From assembly GCA_963835985.1 (NCBI GenBank), contig CAWIHV010000004.1, forward strand, positions 22,952 through 86,951: a stretch of DNA of 64,000 nt. Direction: 5' to 3'. Source of the stretch: an uncultured Actinomycetes bacterium. Lineage in GTDB: Bacteria; Actinomycetota; Acidimicrobiia; IMCC26256; DASPTH01. Both the position numbers and the translations under genes were made by a program. Positions within the stretch are counted from its first letter, which is position 1. Each line of letters begins with the position of its first letter. Shown one piece after another: positions 19,972 through 32,115 of this stretch. A model generated the notes under the pieces. It did not search any database. It saw only the letters and a program-made list of their open reading frames with translations, and had not been told where the DNA came from.

Positions 19972-20802
19972 TCAGACGGTGACGAGCGGTGCGAGCTCGG
20001 CGAAGCGCTTGTCGCCGATGCCCCGCACGCTGCGCAGGTCGTTGACCGAGGTGAAGCCGCCGCGCCGTTGCCGCTCGGCGAGGATCGCCTCGGCGTACGT
20101 GGGACCGATGCCCGGAAGCTCCTCGAGCTGCGCCTGGCTCGCGGTGTTGAGGTTCACCTTGCCGCCGGTCGTGCCGCCACCGGGATCGTCGACCCCGCTG
20201 GCGCCGTCGCCGGCGGTCGCCGCGCCCGGATCGGCCTGTCCGACCTTCGCCACGTACACCCGCTGCCCGTCGGTGACCTTCGCCGCGAGGTTGAGGCGGT
20301 CGAGGTCGCCGTCGGCGAGCGCACCGCCGACGGCCTCGACCGCGTCGATGACGCGGGCACCCGAGCGAAGTTCGACGACACCCGGATGGTTCACCGCGCC
20401 GGCCACGTGCACCGCGATCGTCGCCGACGCTCCCCCGCCGCCAGTCGTCGCGGTCGCGCCCACCGTGGTGCTCGCCGCGGTCGTGCTGACCGCCGCCGGC
20501 GCCGCACTCGACTCGCCCGCGCTCGCACCGCCGATCCCGATGCGGTACCAGATGACGCCGGCGACGAGCGCCACGCCGATCAGCACGACGATCCCGAAGC
20601 GGGCGTCGTGACGCCAGTCGGCCAGCCGATCGCCGAACCGCTCGGTGAGTCGAGCGAACGCGGGTTCGCGTTCACGACGCTGCTCGCGTCGTGGGAGCGT
20701 GTGTCCGTCACGGCGCCCGCGAGGTGGACGGGGCGGGTCGCGGAACTGCGCGTCCCAGAACTCCTGCTCCTCGCGAGAAGGCTGACCCGACTGCTGCACC
20801 AT
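19972..20802 (-). CDS. comEA: ComEA-family DNA-binding competence protein (helix-hairpin-helix)
   Basis: ATG at 20802 ([16 protein letters not shown]...). One TM segment ([18 protein letters not shown]), an SLBB-like [15 protein letters not shown], and C-terminal [29 protein letters not shown] (HhH). The ORF track fuses it to leuS. Confidence 0.88.
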   Translation of the reverse strand: MVQQSGQPSREEQEFWDAQFRDPPRPPRGRRDGHTLPRREQRREREPAFARLTERFGDRLADWRHDARFGIVVLIGVALVAGVIWYRIGIGGASAGESSAAPAAVSTTAASTTVGATATTGGGGASATIAVHVAGAVNHPGVVELRSGARVIDAVEAVGGALADGDLDRLNLAAKVTDGQRVYVAKVGQADPGAATAGDGASGVDDPGGGTTGGKVNLNTASQAQLEELPGIGPTYAEAILAERQRRGGFTSVNDLRSVRGIGDKRFAELAPLVTV

Positions 20803-20915
20803 GGCTGACCTCCGTGGACGGCGCGCCGGGCGCGCGTCACTGCGGGGGAAGAGCCGGGGAGGCGACCGCGATCGTACCGGGCGCCCGTCGGGTGAGGAAG
20901 GGCCGCCCGGAGCGG

Positions 20916-23835
<2,920 letters not shown>

Positions 23836-23897
23836 GTCGGGCGAGCGTACCGGGCCGAGATCGCGTGACCCGCGCTGGTATCGTGGCCATCCCTCGC

Positions 23898-23970
23898 GGG
23901 GCTGTAGCTCAGTTGGTAGAGCACTTCCATGGCATGGAAGGGGTCAGGGGTTCGATTCCCCTCAGCTCCA
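23898..23970 (+). tRNA. tRNA-Ala (anticodon GGC)
   Basis: Hand-folded cloverleaf: acceptor GGGGCTG/CAGCTCC with the G3:U70 Ala identity pair; D arm GCTC-AGTTGGTA-GAGC; anticodon arm CTTCC-ATGGCAT-GGAAG (GGC at 34-36); T arm AGGGG-TTCGATT-CCCCT. CCA is not encoded. Confidence 0.93.
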
Positions 23971-24016
23971 CTCCTCTTCTCCCTCGCTCACCTCCGTTCG
24001 CTCCGTATCAACGGGC

Positions 24017-24040
24017 GAGCACGGGCGGAGCCCGTAGCTC
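24017..24040. terminator. Strong hairpin between tRNA-Ala and the convergent SDR gene
   Basis: gagcacgggc-gga-gcccgtagctc forms a 10-bp stem with one bulged A. Confidence 0.45.
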
Positions 24041-24046
24041 GCATGG

Positions 24047-24074
24047 GCGAGGCCCGGCAAAGCCGGATCCTCGC
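24047..24074. terminator. Second hairpin in the same spacer
   Basis: gcgagg-c-ccggc-aaa-gccgg-at-cctcgc has nested 6-bp and 5-bp stems. Confidence 0.4.
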
Positions 24075-24090
24075 CAAGAGCCCGCTTCGG

Positions 24091-25575
24091 TCACTCCGTA
24101 TCAACGGGCGTCTCCTCGCCGGCCAGGGACTCGGCGTCGTGGACGATGCCCCGCAGCAGACCGGGGAACACGAGGGAGTGGAACGGCAACACGCCGTACC
24201 AGTACGCGCGTCCGAACAGGCCCCGGGGCCGGAACCGGGCCGTCTGCACCACGCTGCTGCCACCGGCCTCAGGTTCGATCGTCCACTCGAGCCAGGCTTC
24301 GCCGGGCAACCGCATCTCGGCGTGGAGCGAGAGGCAGCGGTCCTGCTGGACGTCCGTCACCCGCCACCAGTCGAGTGGCTCCCCCACCCGGAGGTGATCG
24401 GGATCGCGACGCCCGCGCCGCAACCCCGGACCACCGACCAACTGGTCGACGATGCCGCGCGCCCGCCAGAGGACGCGGCCGCTGTACCAGCCGCGCGCGC
24501 CGCCGACCCGACAGATCGCCCGCCACACCGAATGGGGATCAGCGATCGTGGTCGTGGCCCGGACGTCGCTCGCGACGGTGCCGCCGGTCCAGTCGGGATC
24601 GGTGGAGCTGGACTGCCACACCGGCGACGCCGCATCGTCGAACTTCGTCGGCACCTTGCCCGACGCGGTGTTGGTGATCGCGAGCCGGATCGCCTCCGCG
24701 AGCGTGAGCCGTTCGAACGGGAAGAGGTGCTCGGCGCGATGATCGGTCACGACCACGCGGTTGACCAACGAATCGACCAGCGGACGCGCGAGTTGTGCGG
24801 GCACCGGCGTCACCAACCCGACCCACAGCGACGAGAGGCGCGGCGACAGCACGGGGACGGGGAGCAGGCGCCGCTTCGGCAGACCCGCGACCTCCGCGTA
24901 GGTGGCCATCATCTCCGCGTACGACAGGACATCGGGGCCGCCGATCTCGAGGACCCCGCCGATCAGCTCCTCGTGCTCGACGACGGCGACGAGGTAGCGC
25001 AGCACGTCGCGGATCGCGATCGGCTGGCACTCGGTGCGCACCCACTTCGGCGTCACCATGACGGGGAGGATCTCGGTGAGATAGCGCAGCATCTCGAAGC
25101 TCGCCGACCCCGACCCGATCACCGCGGCAGCGCGCAGCTCCACGCACTCGACCGGGCCCGCCGCGAGCACGCGCCCGACCTCGTGACGACTCCCGAGGTG
25201 CGCGCTGAGCTCGGTGCGGTCGTCGCCCAGGCCGCCGAGGTAGACGATGCGGTCGACGCCCGATCGTTCCGCGGCCGTGCGGAAGTTCTCGGCGAGCGCG
25301 CGCTCGCGCTCGACCCAGTCGACGCCCTCGCCGATGCTGTGCACCAGGAACACGGCGACGTCGATGTCGGCCATCGCGTCGGACAGGTCGCCGCCGATGT
25401 CGGCCCGCACCACCTCCACGTCGTCCCGCCAGCTCGCGGCGTCGAGCTTGCGCACGTCTCGTGCCGCGCACCGCACACGATGACCTCGGGACAGCAGTTC
25501 GGTGACGAGTCGCCCGCCGACGTATCCCGATGCTCCGGTCACCAGTACGTGCCTCGAGTGCTCGGGATCGTCCAC
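24091..25575 (-). CDS. NAD(P)-binding SDR-family (NmrA/epimerase-like) protein fused to a DUF2867-like C-terminal domain
   Basis: 494 aa. N-terminal HVLVTGASGYVGGRLVTELLSRGHRV Rossmann motif. The C-terminal region (ARGWYSGRVLWRARGIVDQLVGGPGLRRGRRDP...) is typical of the DUF2867 fusion. Confidence 0.85.
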   Translation of the reverse strand: MDDPEHSRHVLVTGASGYVGGRLVTELLSRGHRVRCAARDVRKLDAASWRDDVEVVRADIGGDLSDAMADIDVAVFLVHSIGEGVDWVERERALAENFRTAAERSGVDRIVYLGGLGDDRTELSAHLGSRHEVGRVLAAGPVECVELRAAAVIGSGSASFEMLRYLTEILPVMVTPKWVRTECQPIAIRDVLRYLVAVVEHEELIGGVLEIGGPDVLSYAEMMATYAEVAGLPKRRLLPVPVLSPRLSSLWVGLVTPVPAQLARPLVDSLVNRVVVTDHRAEHLFPFERLTLAEAIRLAITNTASGKVPTKFDDAASPVWQSSSTDPDWTGGTVASDVRATTTIADPHSVWRAICRVGGARGWYSGRVLWRARGIVDQLVGGPGLRRGRRDPDHLRVGEPLDWWRVTDVQQDRCLSLHAEMRLPGEAWLEWTIEPEAGGSSVVQTARFRPRGLFGRAYWYGVLPFHSLVFPGLLRGIVHDAESLAGEETPVDTE

Positions 25576-25584
25576 GGATCGTGG

Positions 25585-26675
25585 CTACCCCGATCGGGCC
25601 TCAGCCAAAGACACCACACGGGTCGTCGCCGCGGGATGGGTCTCGGCGAGGACCCAGCGCAACCCCATGATCCCGTGGTCGTGACCCGTCGTGTCGATCC
25701 AGTTCGGATGCCCGGGATCGCGATGCGCGACCACGATCCGGACCGATCCGTCCGTCTCGTATGCAGCAGTCACGTGGTTCACCGAGATGCGCCGCCGCTT
25801 GTCGAGGCATTCGGCCCAGATGTTGCCGAGCTGGAAGTTCCAGTACGCGCACACGGGCGGCGCGACGTCGACGACGAGCGCATCGTCGGGGCCGAGCTCC
25901 CACGCCCCGAGTTGGAAGACGATGTTCGGGTCACCGCCGACGAGGCGGTGGTGCTCGGGATCCGGGAAGTGGAGCTGGTTGGGTTCGTCGCGCCACGGTG
26001 CCACCCAGTCAGCGAACCAGCTGGAAGCCCCGATCGCGTACATCGCCGCGCCGAGCAGCTGTCGGGGCACCGCGCTCGGCACGACACCCGGCGGCGGTTC
26101 GTCCACGCCGATGCACTCGATGGTCACGTCGGCGGCGCGTTCGAGTCGCGGTCGGCGAACGTCTGTCGCACCAGGATCATCGACGAGTCCGGCGCCAGCT
26201 GCAGCCAGTTGCCGGGGTGTTCTCGTTGACTCACGACGATGTCGAAGCCGCCGTCGGCGTCGAGCACCAGGTCGTCGTCGTTGAGGTGACCGGCACCACC
26301 GGTGATGCGGTCGCGCGCGGCGTAGTTCTGGTTCTGCGCCGCGAAGCTCAGGTACGCGATGGTGCCGCGGTTGCCGGAGATGCGGTACTCGAGCTGCGGG
26401 TCGATTCCCGCGCTCGAGTACACGTTGTCGGGGTTGTCGAGCCCGAACCCGCAGTGCGCCGGGAGTGACGAGAAGCGCGGGTGGCGTGGACCCGGGTTCT
26501 CGAGGAACGACGCCAATCCGTTCTGGAGCAGACGACCGAGGTAGCGCAGGCCTTCGGCCCGGTCGAGGTCCGTGAGGCCGAGGTCGTCGCGGGCGAGCAG
26601 CTCACCGGCCTGCTCGAGCAATGCGCAGAACTCGCGCCACGCGACCTGCGGATCTTCGGCCGCGGCGTCGCTCAT
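25585..26675 (-). CDS. Conserved hypothetical protein (possibly DUF1214-like); one base missing near 26128
   Basis: ORF 26124..26981 (coding from the ATG at 26675, [16 protein letters not shown]...) and ORF 25585..26127 join as ...DRDSNAPP(x)VTIECIGVDEPPPG. C-terminal DPGHPNWIDTTGHDHGIMGLRW. Corrected length is 363 aa. Confidence 0.75.
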
Positions 26676-27076
26676 CAGCGAGGACGGATCTGCGTGCCCA
26701 GCCCGGCGGTGATGAACAGCGCGGTGGCGGGCGCATCGACGTCGGCGGTGTGCCACACGCCGGGCGGGTTCACGATCCCCTGTCCGGTCTCGAGGACGGC
26801 GGTGCGGTCCTCGCCCTCGACCTCCTGGTGCAGCGTGATGCGTCCGCTCACACAGGCGACCAGCTCCTCGCCGTGCGGGTGCATCTCCCAGGAGTCCCAG
26901 GGTGCATCGAACGTGTGCAACGAGACGAGGCGGCCTTCGGCGCCGTCGGACTCGTGCGCGGCGCCGTAGCGCTCGTACCACTCCGGCGAGCCGTCGAACT
27001 CGGGGAGGTGCATGACAGTGGCGCCGAGCCCGAGGTGCACCGGGAAGCTCGACAGATCGAACGGTTGCTCGGCCAT
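26675..27076 (-). CDS. Cupin-domain protein
   Basis: 133 aa. [20 protein letters not shown] ... [11 protein letters not shown] is a cupin two-motif pattern. Its stop overlaps the next start (TGATG). Confidence 0.8.
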   Translation of the reverse strand: MAEQPFDLSSFPVHLGLGATVMHLPEFDGSPEWYERYGAAHESDGAEGRLVSLHTFDAPWDSWEMHPHGEELVACVSGRITLHQEVEGEDRTAVLETGQGIVNPPGVWHTADVDAPATALFITAGLGTQIRPR

Positions 27077-27146
27077 GCCCTCAGTATGGCCCGCCCGCTA
27101 CCGTCTCGGGGCCGACCGAACCCGCCGGTCGAAACACGGAGGAACT

Positions 27147-27944
27147 GTGGCCCAGGTCGAGATCGAACGCGACGGTGCGGTGATGATCGTCACCCTCAAC
27201 CGTCCCCACCGCAAGAACGCGATGACCCTCACGATGTTCGCGTTGCTCGCCGATGCGTGGGAAGAGGTGACCGCGAACGACGACGTCCGCTGCGTCATCC
27301 TCACCGGCGCCGAGGGCGACTTCTCCTCCGGCATGGACCTGCGCGCGCTCGCCGGCGACGTCTCCGAACCCGACGCCATCGACACCGACGCGCGCATGAA
27401 GGAAGACCCGGGCTTCATCTATCGCGGCCTCCTCAAGACGTACCGGCCCACCAAGCCGGTGATCGCGGCGGTCGAGGGTGTCGCCATCGCCGGCGGCACC
27501 GAGATCCTGCAGGGCACCGACATCCGCATCGCCGCCGAAAGCGCGCGCTTCGGTGTGTCGGAAGCCCGCTGGTCGCTCTACCCGATGGGCGGGTCCGCGG
27601 TACGCCTGCGCCGGCAGGTGCCGTACACGGTCGCGGCCGACATCCTGCTCACGGGCAAGCACATCACCGCCGACGACGCCTTGCACTACGGCCTGGTCAG
27701 CTACGTCGTTCCCGATGGCGGCGCGCTCGACAAGGCGCGCGAGGTCGCGGCGACCGTCGCCGCCAACGGCCCGCTCGCGGTCGAGGCGATCCTGCAGACG
27801 CTGCGCGCCACCGAGCACATGAGCGAGGAGGAGGCCTTCGCCTTCGAGCAGCCGATCGGCATGTCGGTCATGGCCTCGGCGGATTCGAAGGAGGGCCCCA
27901 AGGCCTTCGCCGAGAAGCGCACGCCGAACTTCCAGCGGAAGTAG
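27147..27944 (+). CDS. Enoyl-CoA hydratase/isomerase (crotonase) family protein
   Basis: GTG at 27147 preceded by [57 protein letters not shown]. Confidence 0.9.
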   Translation: MAQVEIERDGAVMIVTLNRPHRKNAMTLTMFALLADAWEEVTANDDVRCVILTGAEGDFSSGMDLRALAGDVSEPDAIDTDARMKEDPGFIYRGLLKTYRPTKPVIAAVEGVAIAGGTEILQGTDIRIAAESARFGVSEARWSLYPMGGSAVRLRRQVPYTVAADILLTGKHITADDALHYGLVSYVVPDGGALDKAREVAATVAANGPLAVEAILQTLRATEHMSEEEAFAFEQPIGMSVMASADSKEGPKAFAEKRTPNFQRK

Positions 27945-27955
27945 CGGTCGCGAAC

Positions 27956-29440
27956 GTGGTCGATCCCCGCACCCCGGTGCTGGTGGGCGCAGGGGTCGCG
28001 CACCAGCGGTCAGACGATCCGTCCGAATCGGTGGAGGCAGTCGCGCTGATGACGACCGCCGTCGAGCGAGCCGGCGCGGATGCCGACGCGCCCGGTCTGC
28101 TCGCGCAGGCTCAGGCCGTGTACGTCCCGCGCGGGACGTGGCGCTACCGCGACCCCGGTCGTCTCATCGCCGAGCGGATCGGCGCCACTGCGCGCACGGT
28201 GATCGCCGAGCTCGGCGTGCTGCAGTCCACCCCCTTCACGCGCGCGTGCCGCGCCATCGCGAACGGCGACCTCGACGTCGCGATCGTCGTGGGCGGCGAG
28301 GCGAAGTTCCGCGATCTGCGCGGCCACATCACCGGGTCTGTCCCGGTCGACACCACACAGGGCGACGACGTCGAGCCGGGCGAGAGCATCAAGCCGGCCG
28401 ACGAGATCATCCCCGCCCCCGAGCGCGCCGCCGGCTTCATGAGCGCGCCGTTGATGTATGCGGCCCTGGAAACCGCGCTGCGGGTGTCGCAGGACGAGAC
28501 GGTGGGCGAGAACGCACGCGCGACGGCAGAGCTGTGGGCAGGCTTCAGCCGTACCGCGGCCGCCAATCCCGACGCGTGGCGGCGCGATCCGGTGACGCCG
28601 GAGTTCCTCGAGCACCCGTCGGCGAAGAACCCGATGCTCGCGGCGCCGTACACCAAGTGGCACTGCTCGCAGTGGAACGTCGATCAGGCCGCCGCGTTCA
28701 TCCTGTGCTCCACCGAGGCGGCCGATCGAGCGGGCGTGCCGCAGGATCGACGGGTGTACCCGCTCGCGATGGTGGAGTCGAACCACATGCTCGCGGTGTC
28801 GAAGCGCGCCGAGCTCCACCGGGCACCGGCCGTGCGCATCGGTGCCGAGCGCGTCGCCGATCTCACCGGGATCGACGTCGCCACCAGCGACGTGGTCGAC
28901 CTCTACAGCTGCTTCCCCGTGGCGGTGCGCATCCAGGCGAGTGAGCTGGGGCTGCCGGTCGACGATCCCGACGGCCGCCCGCTCAGCGTCGGCGGCGGCA
29001 TGACCTTCGGCGGCGGGCCGCTCAACAACGCCACCTTCCAGGCCCTCGGGCGCATGGTGCCGATGCTGCGGGACGCGCCCGGGAGCATCGGGCTGCTGAC
29101 GTTCATCAGCGGTCTCATCACCAAGCACGGCATCTCGGCGTGGTCGACGACACCGCCCGAGGGCGGATTCGCCTTCGCCGACACCAGCGACGAGGTCGCA
29201 GCCGGAACGCCGGCGCTGGACGTGATCGGAGACCACCGGGGCGGGGCGACCATCGACGCCTACACGGTCGCCCACGAAACCGGTGAACCTCGCTACACGA
29301 CGATCGTCGCGACGACCGCCGATCGCGCCCGCGTCGTCGCCCGCAACGACGACGCAGGGCTCGCGGCAGAGATGGCGTCCGAGGAGTGGTGCGGCCGCGA
29401 CGTCGTCGTCGACGGCGATCGCTTCAGCGTCGCCGGCTGA
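27956..29440 (+). CDS. Thiolase-like (SCP-x/Ltp-type) protein with a C-terminal OB/DUF35-like extension
   Basis: Last 494 codons of ORF 26621..29440 from the GTG at 27956. PVLVGAGVAHQR..., VDLYSCFPVAVRIQASELGL and GGGMTFGGGPLNN match the thiolase fold. The ~110-aa tail (GATIDAYTVAHETGEPRYTTIVATTADRARVVARNDD) resembles a DUF35 OB fold. Confidence 0.8.
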   Translation: MVDPRTPVLVGAGVAHQRSDDPSESVEAVALMTTAVERAGADADAPGLLAQAQAVYVPRGTWRYRDPGRLIAERIGATARTVIAELGVLQSTPFTRACRAIANGDLDVAIVVGGEAKFRDLRGHITGSVPVDTTQGDDVEPGESIKPADEIIPAPERAAGFMSAPLMYAALETALRVSQDETVGENARATAELWAGFSRTAAANPDAWRRDPVTPEFLEHPSAKNPMLAAPYTKWHCSQWNVDQAAAFILCSTEAADRAGVPQDRRVYPLAMVESNHMLAVSKRAELHRAPAVRIGAERVADLTGIDVATSDVVDLYSCFPVAVRIQASELGLPVDDPDGRPLSVGGGMTFGGGPLNNATFQALGRMVPMLRDAPGSIGLLTFISGLITKHGISAWSTTPPEGGFAFADTSDEVAAGTPALDVIGDHRGGATIDAYTVAHETGEPRYTTIVATTADRARVVARNDDAGLAAEMASEEWCGRDVVVDGDRFSVAG

Positions 29441-30608
29441 TCTCGTCGAACACCGCGTCGGTGTCGGCACCGAGCGCGGGCGCAGGCCCGTCGTTGCCGA
29501 CGCGCTCGCCGTCGATGGTGATCGGCGTGACGCACTGGAGCAGCCGACCCTCGGTCGGGTGGTCGACCTCCTCGAACAGGCCGACGGCGACGAAGTGCTC
29601 GTCGTCGAACACGTCCTCGACCGCGTTGTACGGCGCCGCCGGGATGCCCGCCTCCCGGAACCGCTCGAACCAGACCGCGGTGGTGTCGGTGGCGAGGTGC
29701 TCCGCGACCAGGGTGTAGAGCTCCTCGACGTGCTCGGTGCGGGAGTGCAGCGTTGCGAAACGAGGCTCGTCGGTCAACTCGGGTCGGCCGATCATGGCGA
29801 AGAACCGCGACCAGTCGCGTTCGGTGTAGACGAGCGCAGCGAGATGACCATCGGCGGTCGGGAACGGGCGGCGCGTGGGTGACGAGACCCGGGGATAGCG
29901 CGCGTCTCCGCGTGGAGGGACGAACACGCGACCCCACTGGTGCTCGACCAAGCCGAACGACGCCATGAGCTCCGCCATCGGCACTTCGATCGCCGCGCCC
30001 CCACCGTCGATCTCGCGCTTGCGCAACGCGGCCGCGATCGCGAACGCCGCGGCCATCCCCGCGACCTTGTCCGCCACCGCGTGCGCCGCGTACGTCGGTT
30101 CGCCGTGCATCCACGACTGGGCACCGGCGATGCCGGCCACCGCCTGCACGGTGTCGTCGTACGCGGGCAGGTCGGCATAGGGGCCGTCGGCGCCGAACCC
30201 CACGATCGCGCAGTGGACCAGCCCGGGGTTCACCGCCAGCAGCGTGTCGGGATCGGCCCCGCAGCGCACCGCGGCGTCGCGACGCATGTTGTGCACCAGC
30301 ACGTCGGACGCGGCCACCAGCTCGGCGAGGCGAGCGCGCCCGTGGTCCGTCTGGAGATCGAGCACGACGCTGCGCTTCCCCCGGTTGCACGAGAGGTAGA
30401 CCGCCGCCATCCCTTCGTGCGCGCGCGGTCCGAGGTCACGGGCGACGTCGCCAGAGGGCGATTCCACCTTCACCACGTCGGCACCGAAGTCCGACAGGAG
30501 CAGCGTGCCGTACGGGCCGGACACCACGGTGGTGAGGTCGACGACGCGTACGCCGTCGAGCGGGAGGCCGGGCACCCGCGGAGTGTACGCGGCATGATTG
30601 CCGCTCAT
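29424..30608 (-). CDS. Family III CoA-transferase (CaiB/BaiF)
   Basis: ATG at 30608. LDGVRVVDLTTVVSGPYGTLLLSDFGADVVKVESPSGD is the family hallmark. 394 aa. Its 3' end overlaps the convergent thiolase-like gene by 17 nt. Confidence 0.9.
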   Translation of the reverse strand: MSGNHAAYTPRVPGLPLDGVRVVDLTTVVSGPYGTLLLSDFGADVVKVESPSGDVARDLGPRAHEGMAAVYLSCNRGKRSVVLDLQTDHGRARLAELVAASDVLVHNMRRDAAVRCGADPDTLLAVNPGLVHCAIVGFGADGPYADLPAYDDTVQAVAGIAGAQSWMHGEPTYAAHAVADKVAGMAAAFAIAAALRKREIDGGGAAIEVPMAELMASFGLVEHQWGRVFVPPRGDARYPRVSSPTRRPFPTADGHLAALVYTERDWSRFFAMIGRPELTDEPRFATLHSRTEHVEELYTLVAEHLATDTTAVWFERFREAGIPAAPYNAVEDVFDDEHFVAVGLFEEVDHPTEGRLLQCVTPITIDGERVGNDGPAPALGADTDAVFDEISRRR

Positions 30609-30618
30609 GGCGGCAGCG

Positions 30619-31467
30619 ATGGACGGTCGCACCGTCCTGATCACGGGAGGGAACACCGGGATCGGGAAGGAGACCTCGGTCGCGCTCGCAGGACTTGGTG
30701 CACGCGTGGTGTTCACGACTCGTGACGCGGAGCAGGGCGAGGCGGCACGGGCCGAGATCCGCGAGCGCAGCGGCAACGATGTCGTCGACGTCATGGAGCT
30801 CGACCTGGCGAACCTCGCCTCGGTGCGCGAGTTCGCGTCGCGCTTCGCCGACGGCCACGACCGGCTCGAGGTGCTCGTGAACAACGCCGGACTGATGCTC
30901 GGCGCGCGCCGCGAGACCGTCGACGGCTACGAGATGACGTTCCAGGTGAACCACCTCGGCCCGTTCCTGCTCACCACGCTCCTGCGCAACGAGCTCGTCG
31001 CCGGAGATTCGGCACGGGTGGTGAACGTGGCGTCGGTCGCGCACTCGAGCGCCCGGAAGGGCCTCGACTTCGACGACCTCCAGTCATCGAAGGGCCGCTA
31101 CCGGCCCTTCGGTGTGTACGGGAAGACCAAGCTCGCCAACATCCTCTTCACCCGCGAGTTGGCGCGCCGATGGGACGACACCGGCGTCACCGCGAACTCG
31201 GCGCACCCCGGGTTCGTCGCGTCGCGCTTCGGACGCGACGGTGACTCCGGTTTCCCGATGGGTCTGATCTTCCCGCTGGTGAAGCCGTTCGCGCTCACGC
31301 CCGAGCAGGGCGCGGAGACGCAGGTGTACCTGGCGTCGGCGCCCGAGCTCGCGGGCATCACCGGCGGCTACTGGGTGAAGTCGGCGCCCGCCACGCCGAG
31401 CGCAGCCGCGCTGGATGACGCGGCCGCGGCCCGGTTGTGGGAGGTCAGCGAGCAGCTGGTCGCTTGA
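30619..31467 (+). CDS. Short-chain dehydrogenase/reductase (retinol-dehydrogenase-like)
   Basis: MDGRTVLITGGNTGIGKETS (TGxxxGxG), NNAG, and YGKTKLANILF (YxxxK). Alternative upstream starts at 30598 and 30607. Confidence 0.88.
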   Translation: MDGRTVLITGGNTGIGKETSVALAGLGARVVFTTRDAEQGEAARAEIRERSGNDVVDVMELDLANLASVREFASRFADGHDRLEVLVNNAGLMLGARRETVDGYEMTFQVNHLGPFLLTTLLRNELVAGDSARVVNVASVAHSSARKGLDFDDLQSSKGRYRPFGVYGKTKLANILFTRELARRWDDTGVTANSAHPGFVASRFGRDGDSGFPMGLIFPLVKPFALTPEQGAETQVYLASAPELAGITGGYWVKSAPATPSAAALDDAAAARLWEVSEQLVA

Positions 31468-32115
31468 TCAGCTGCTCGGCGTCGACGTGTCGAGGAACGC
31501 GCACGCCGGCGCAGCCTTCACCGCGTTCTCGAGCTTCTTGCCCTTGTCGAGCTTGTCGACCGCACTGAAGCCTTCGCCCAGCTTGCTGCCGGAATCACTG
31601 AGCGCCTGACCGAGCGCCTCACCCTTCGCTTTGAACTCCGTCACGGAGTCGGTCGGCAGCTGCTTCGCCGAGGTCTGCGCCTTGGCGAACTCCTTCGACA
31701 CGGCCTTGAAGCCGGCCACGAACACCGCGGCGATCTTCTTGCCGTTCGGGGACGACGGCGTCCCGGCGCGCTTGATCGCGTCGGTCGCCTCGTCGGTCGC
31801 GTCGACCATGTCGCCGAGGAACGAGGCGATCTGGTCGCGAGCGGAGCTCAGGATCGCTTCCGGGGTCTGGCCGGTCCCGTCGACTCCGTCGAGCGCGGAC
31901 GTGAGCGCGTCGCCCTTGGCCGAGATGGTCGTCTGCCACTCGTCGAGCGCGGTGCAGAACTTCGGCGCCCACTTCGACGGTGAGACCGTCGCCGCGGACG
32001 CGCCGCTGGCGGCCCCGGCAACGAGTCCGACGACGACGAGCGCGACAAGAGAGGTACGGCGGAAGATCACGAAGACTGCCCCTTGAGTGTAGGGAGTTGA
32101 TGGTCGGTCGTTCAC
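31468..32115 (-). CDS. Secreted hypothetical protein (signal peptide, possibly Tat-type)
   Basis: 215 aa. [24 protein letters not shown] signal. The rest is Ala/Lys/Asp-rich and helical-looking. Its GTG start overlaps the lysS stop (GTGA). No recognisable domain. Confidence 0.6.
   Translation of the reverse strand: MNDRPSTPYTQGAVFVIFRRTSLVALVVVGLVAGAASGASAATVSPSKWAPKFCTALDEWQTTISAKGDALTSALDGVDGTGQTPEAILSSARDQIASFLGDMVDATDEATDAIKRAGTPSSPNGKKIAAVFVAGFKAVSKEFAKAQTSAKQLPTDSVTEFKAKGEALGQALSDSGSKLGEGFSAVDKLDKGKKLENAVKAAPACAFLDTSTPSS

Larger units (their letters stand above)
24001..24110. repeat. Perfect 17-nt direct repeat (ctccgtatcaacgggcg) at 24001-24017 and 24094-24110, enclosing two stem-loops
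   Basis: Identical 17-mers 93 nt apart. The second copy encodes the last residues (ETPVDTE*) of the convergent SDR/DUF2867 gene. Confidence 0.8.

Noticed and set aside
23836-23897. Possible T-box or other leader upstream of leuS.
   Set aside because: Only ~60 nt separate the leuS start from the tRNA gene. That is far too short for a T-box, and no specifier or antiterminator features are visible.
23836-23970. tRNA-Ala as an integration hotspot with an adjacent genomic island or prophage.
   Set aside because: There is no integrase, recombinase, phage or plasmid gene on either side. The flanking genes are leuS and an ordinary SDR. The direct repeat found nearby does not overlap the tRNA 3' end.
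23988-24263. 91-aa ORF on the minus strand covering the tRNA-proximal spacer.
   Set aside because: It is out of frame with the SDR/DUF2867 gene it overlaps, has an Arg/Pro/Ser/Cys-rich translation, and spans two hairpins and the repeat. Non-coding.
26621-27955. The N-terminal 445 codons of the 939-aa ORF 26621..29440.
   Set aside because: This part overlaps the cupin gene (opposite strand) and the crotonase gene (another frame), and its translation is Arg/Gly/Pro junk. Only the segment from the GTG at 27956 shows thiolase-like sequence.
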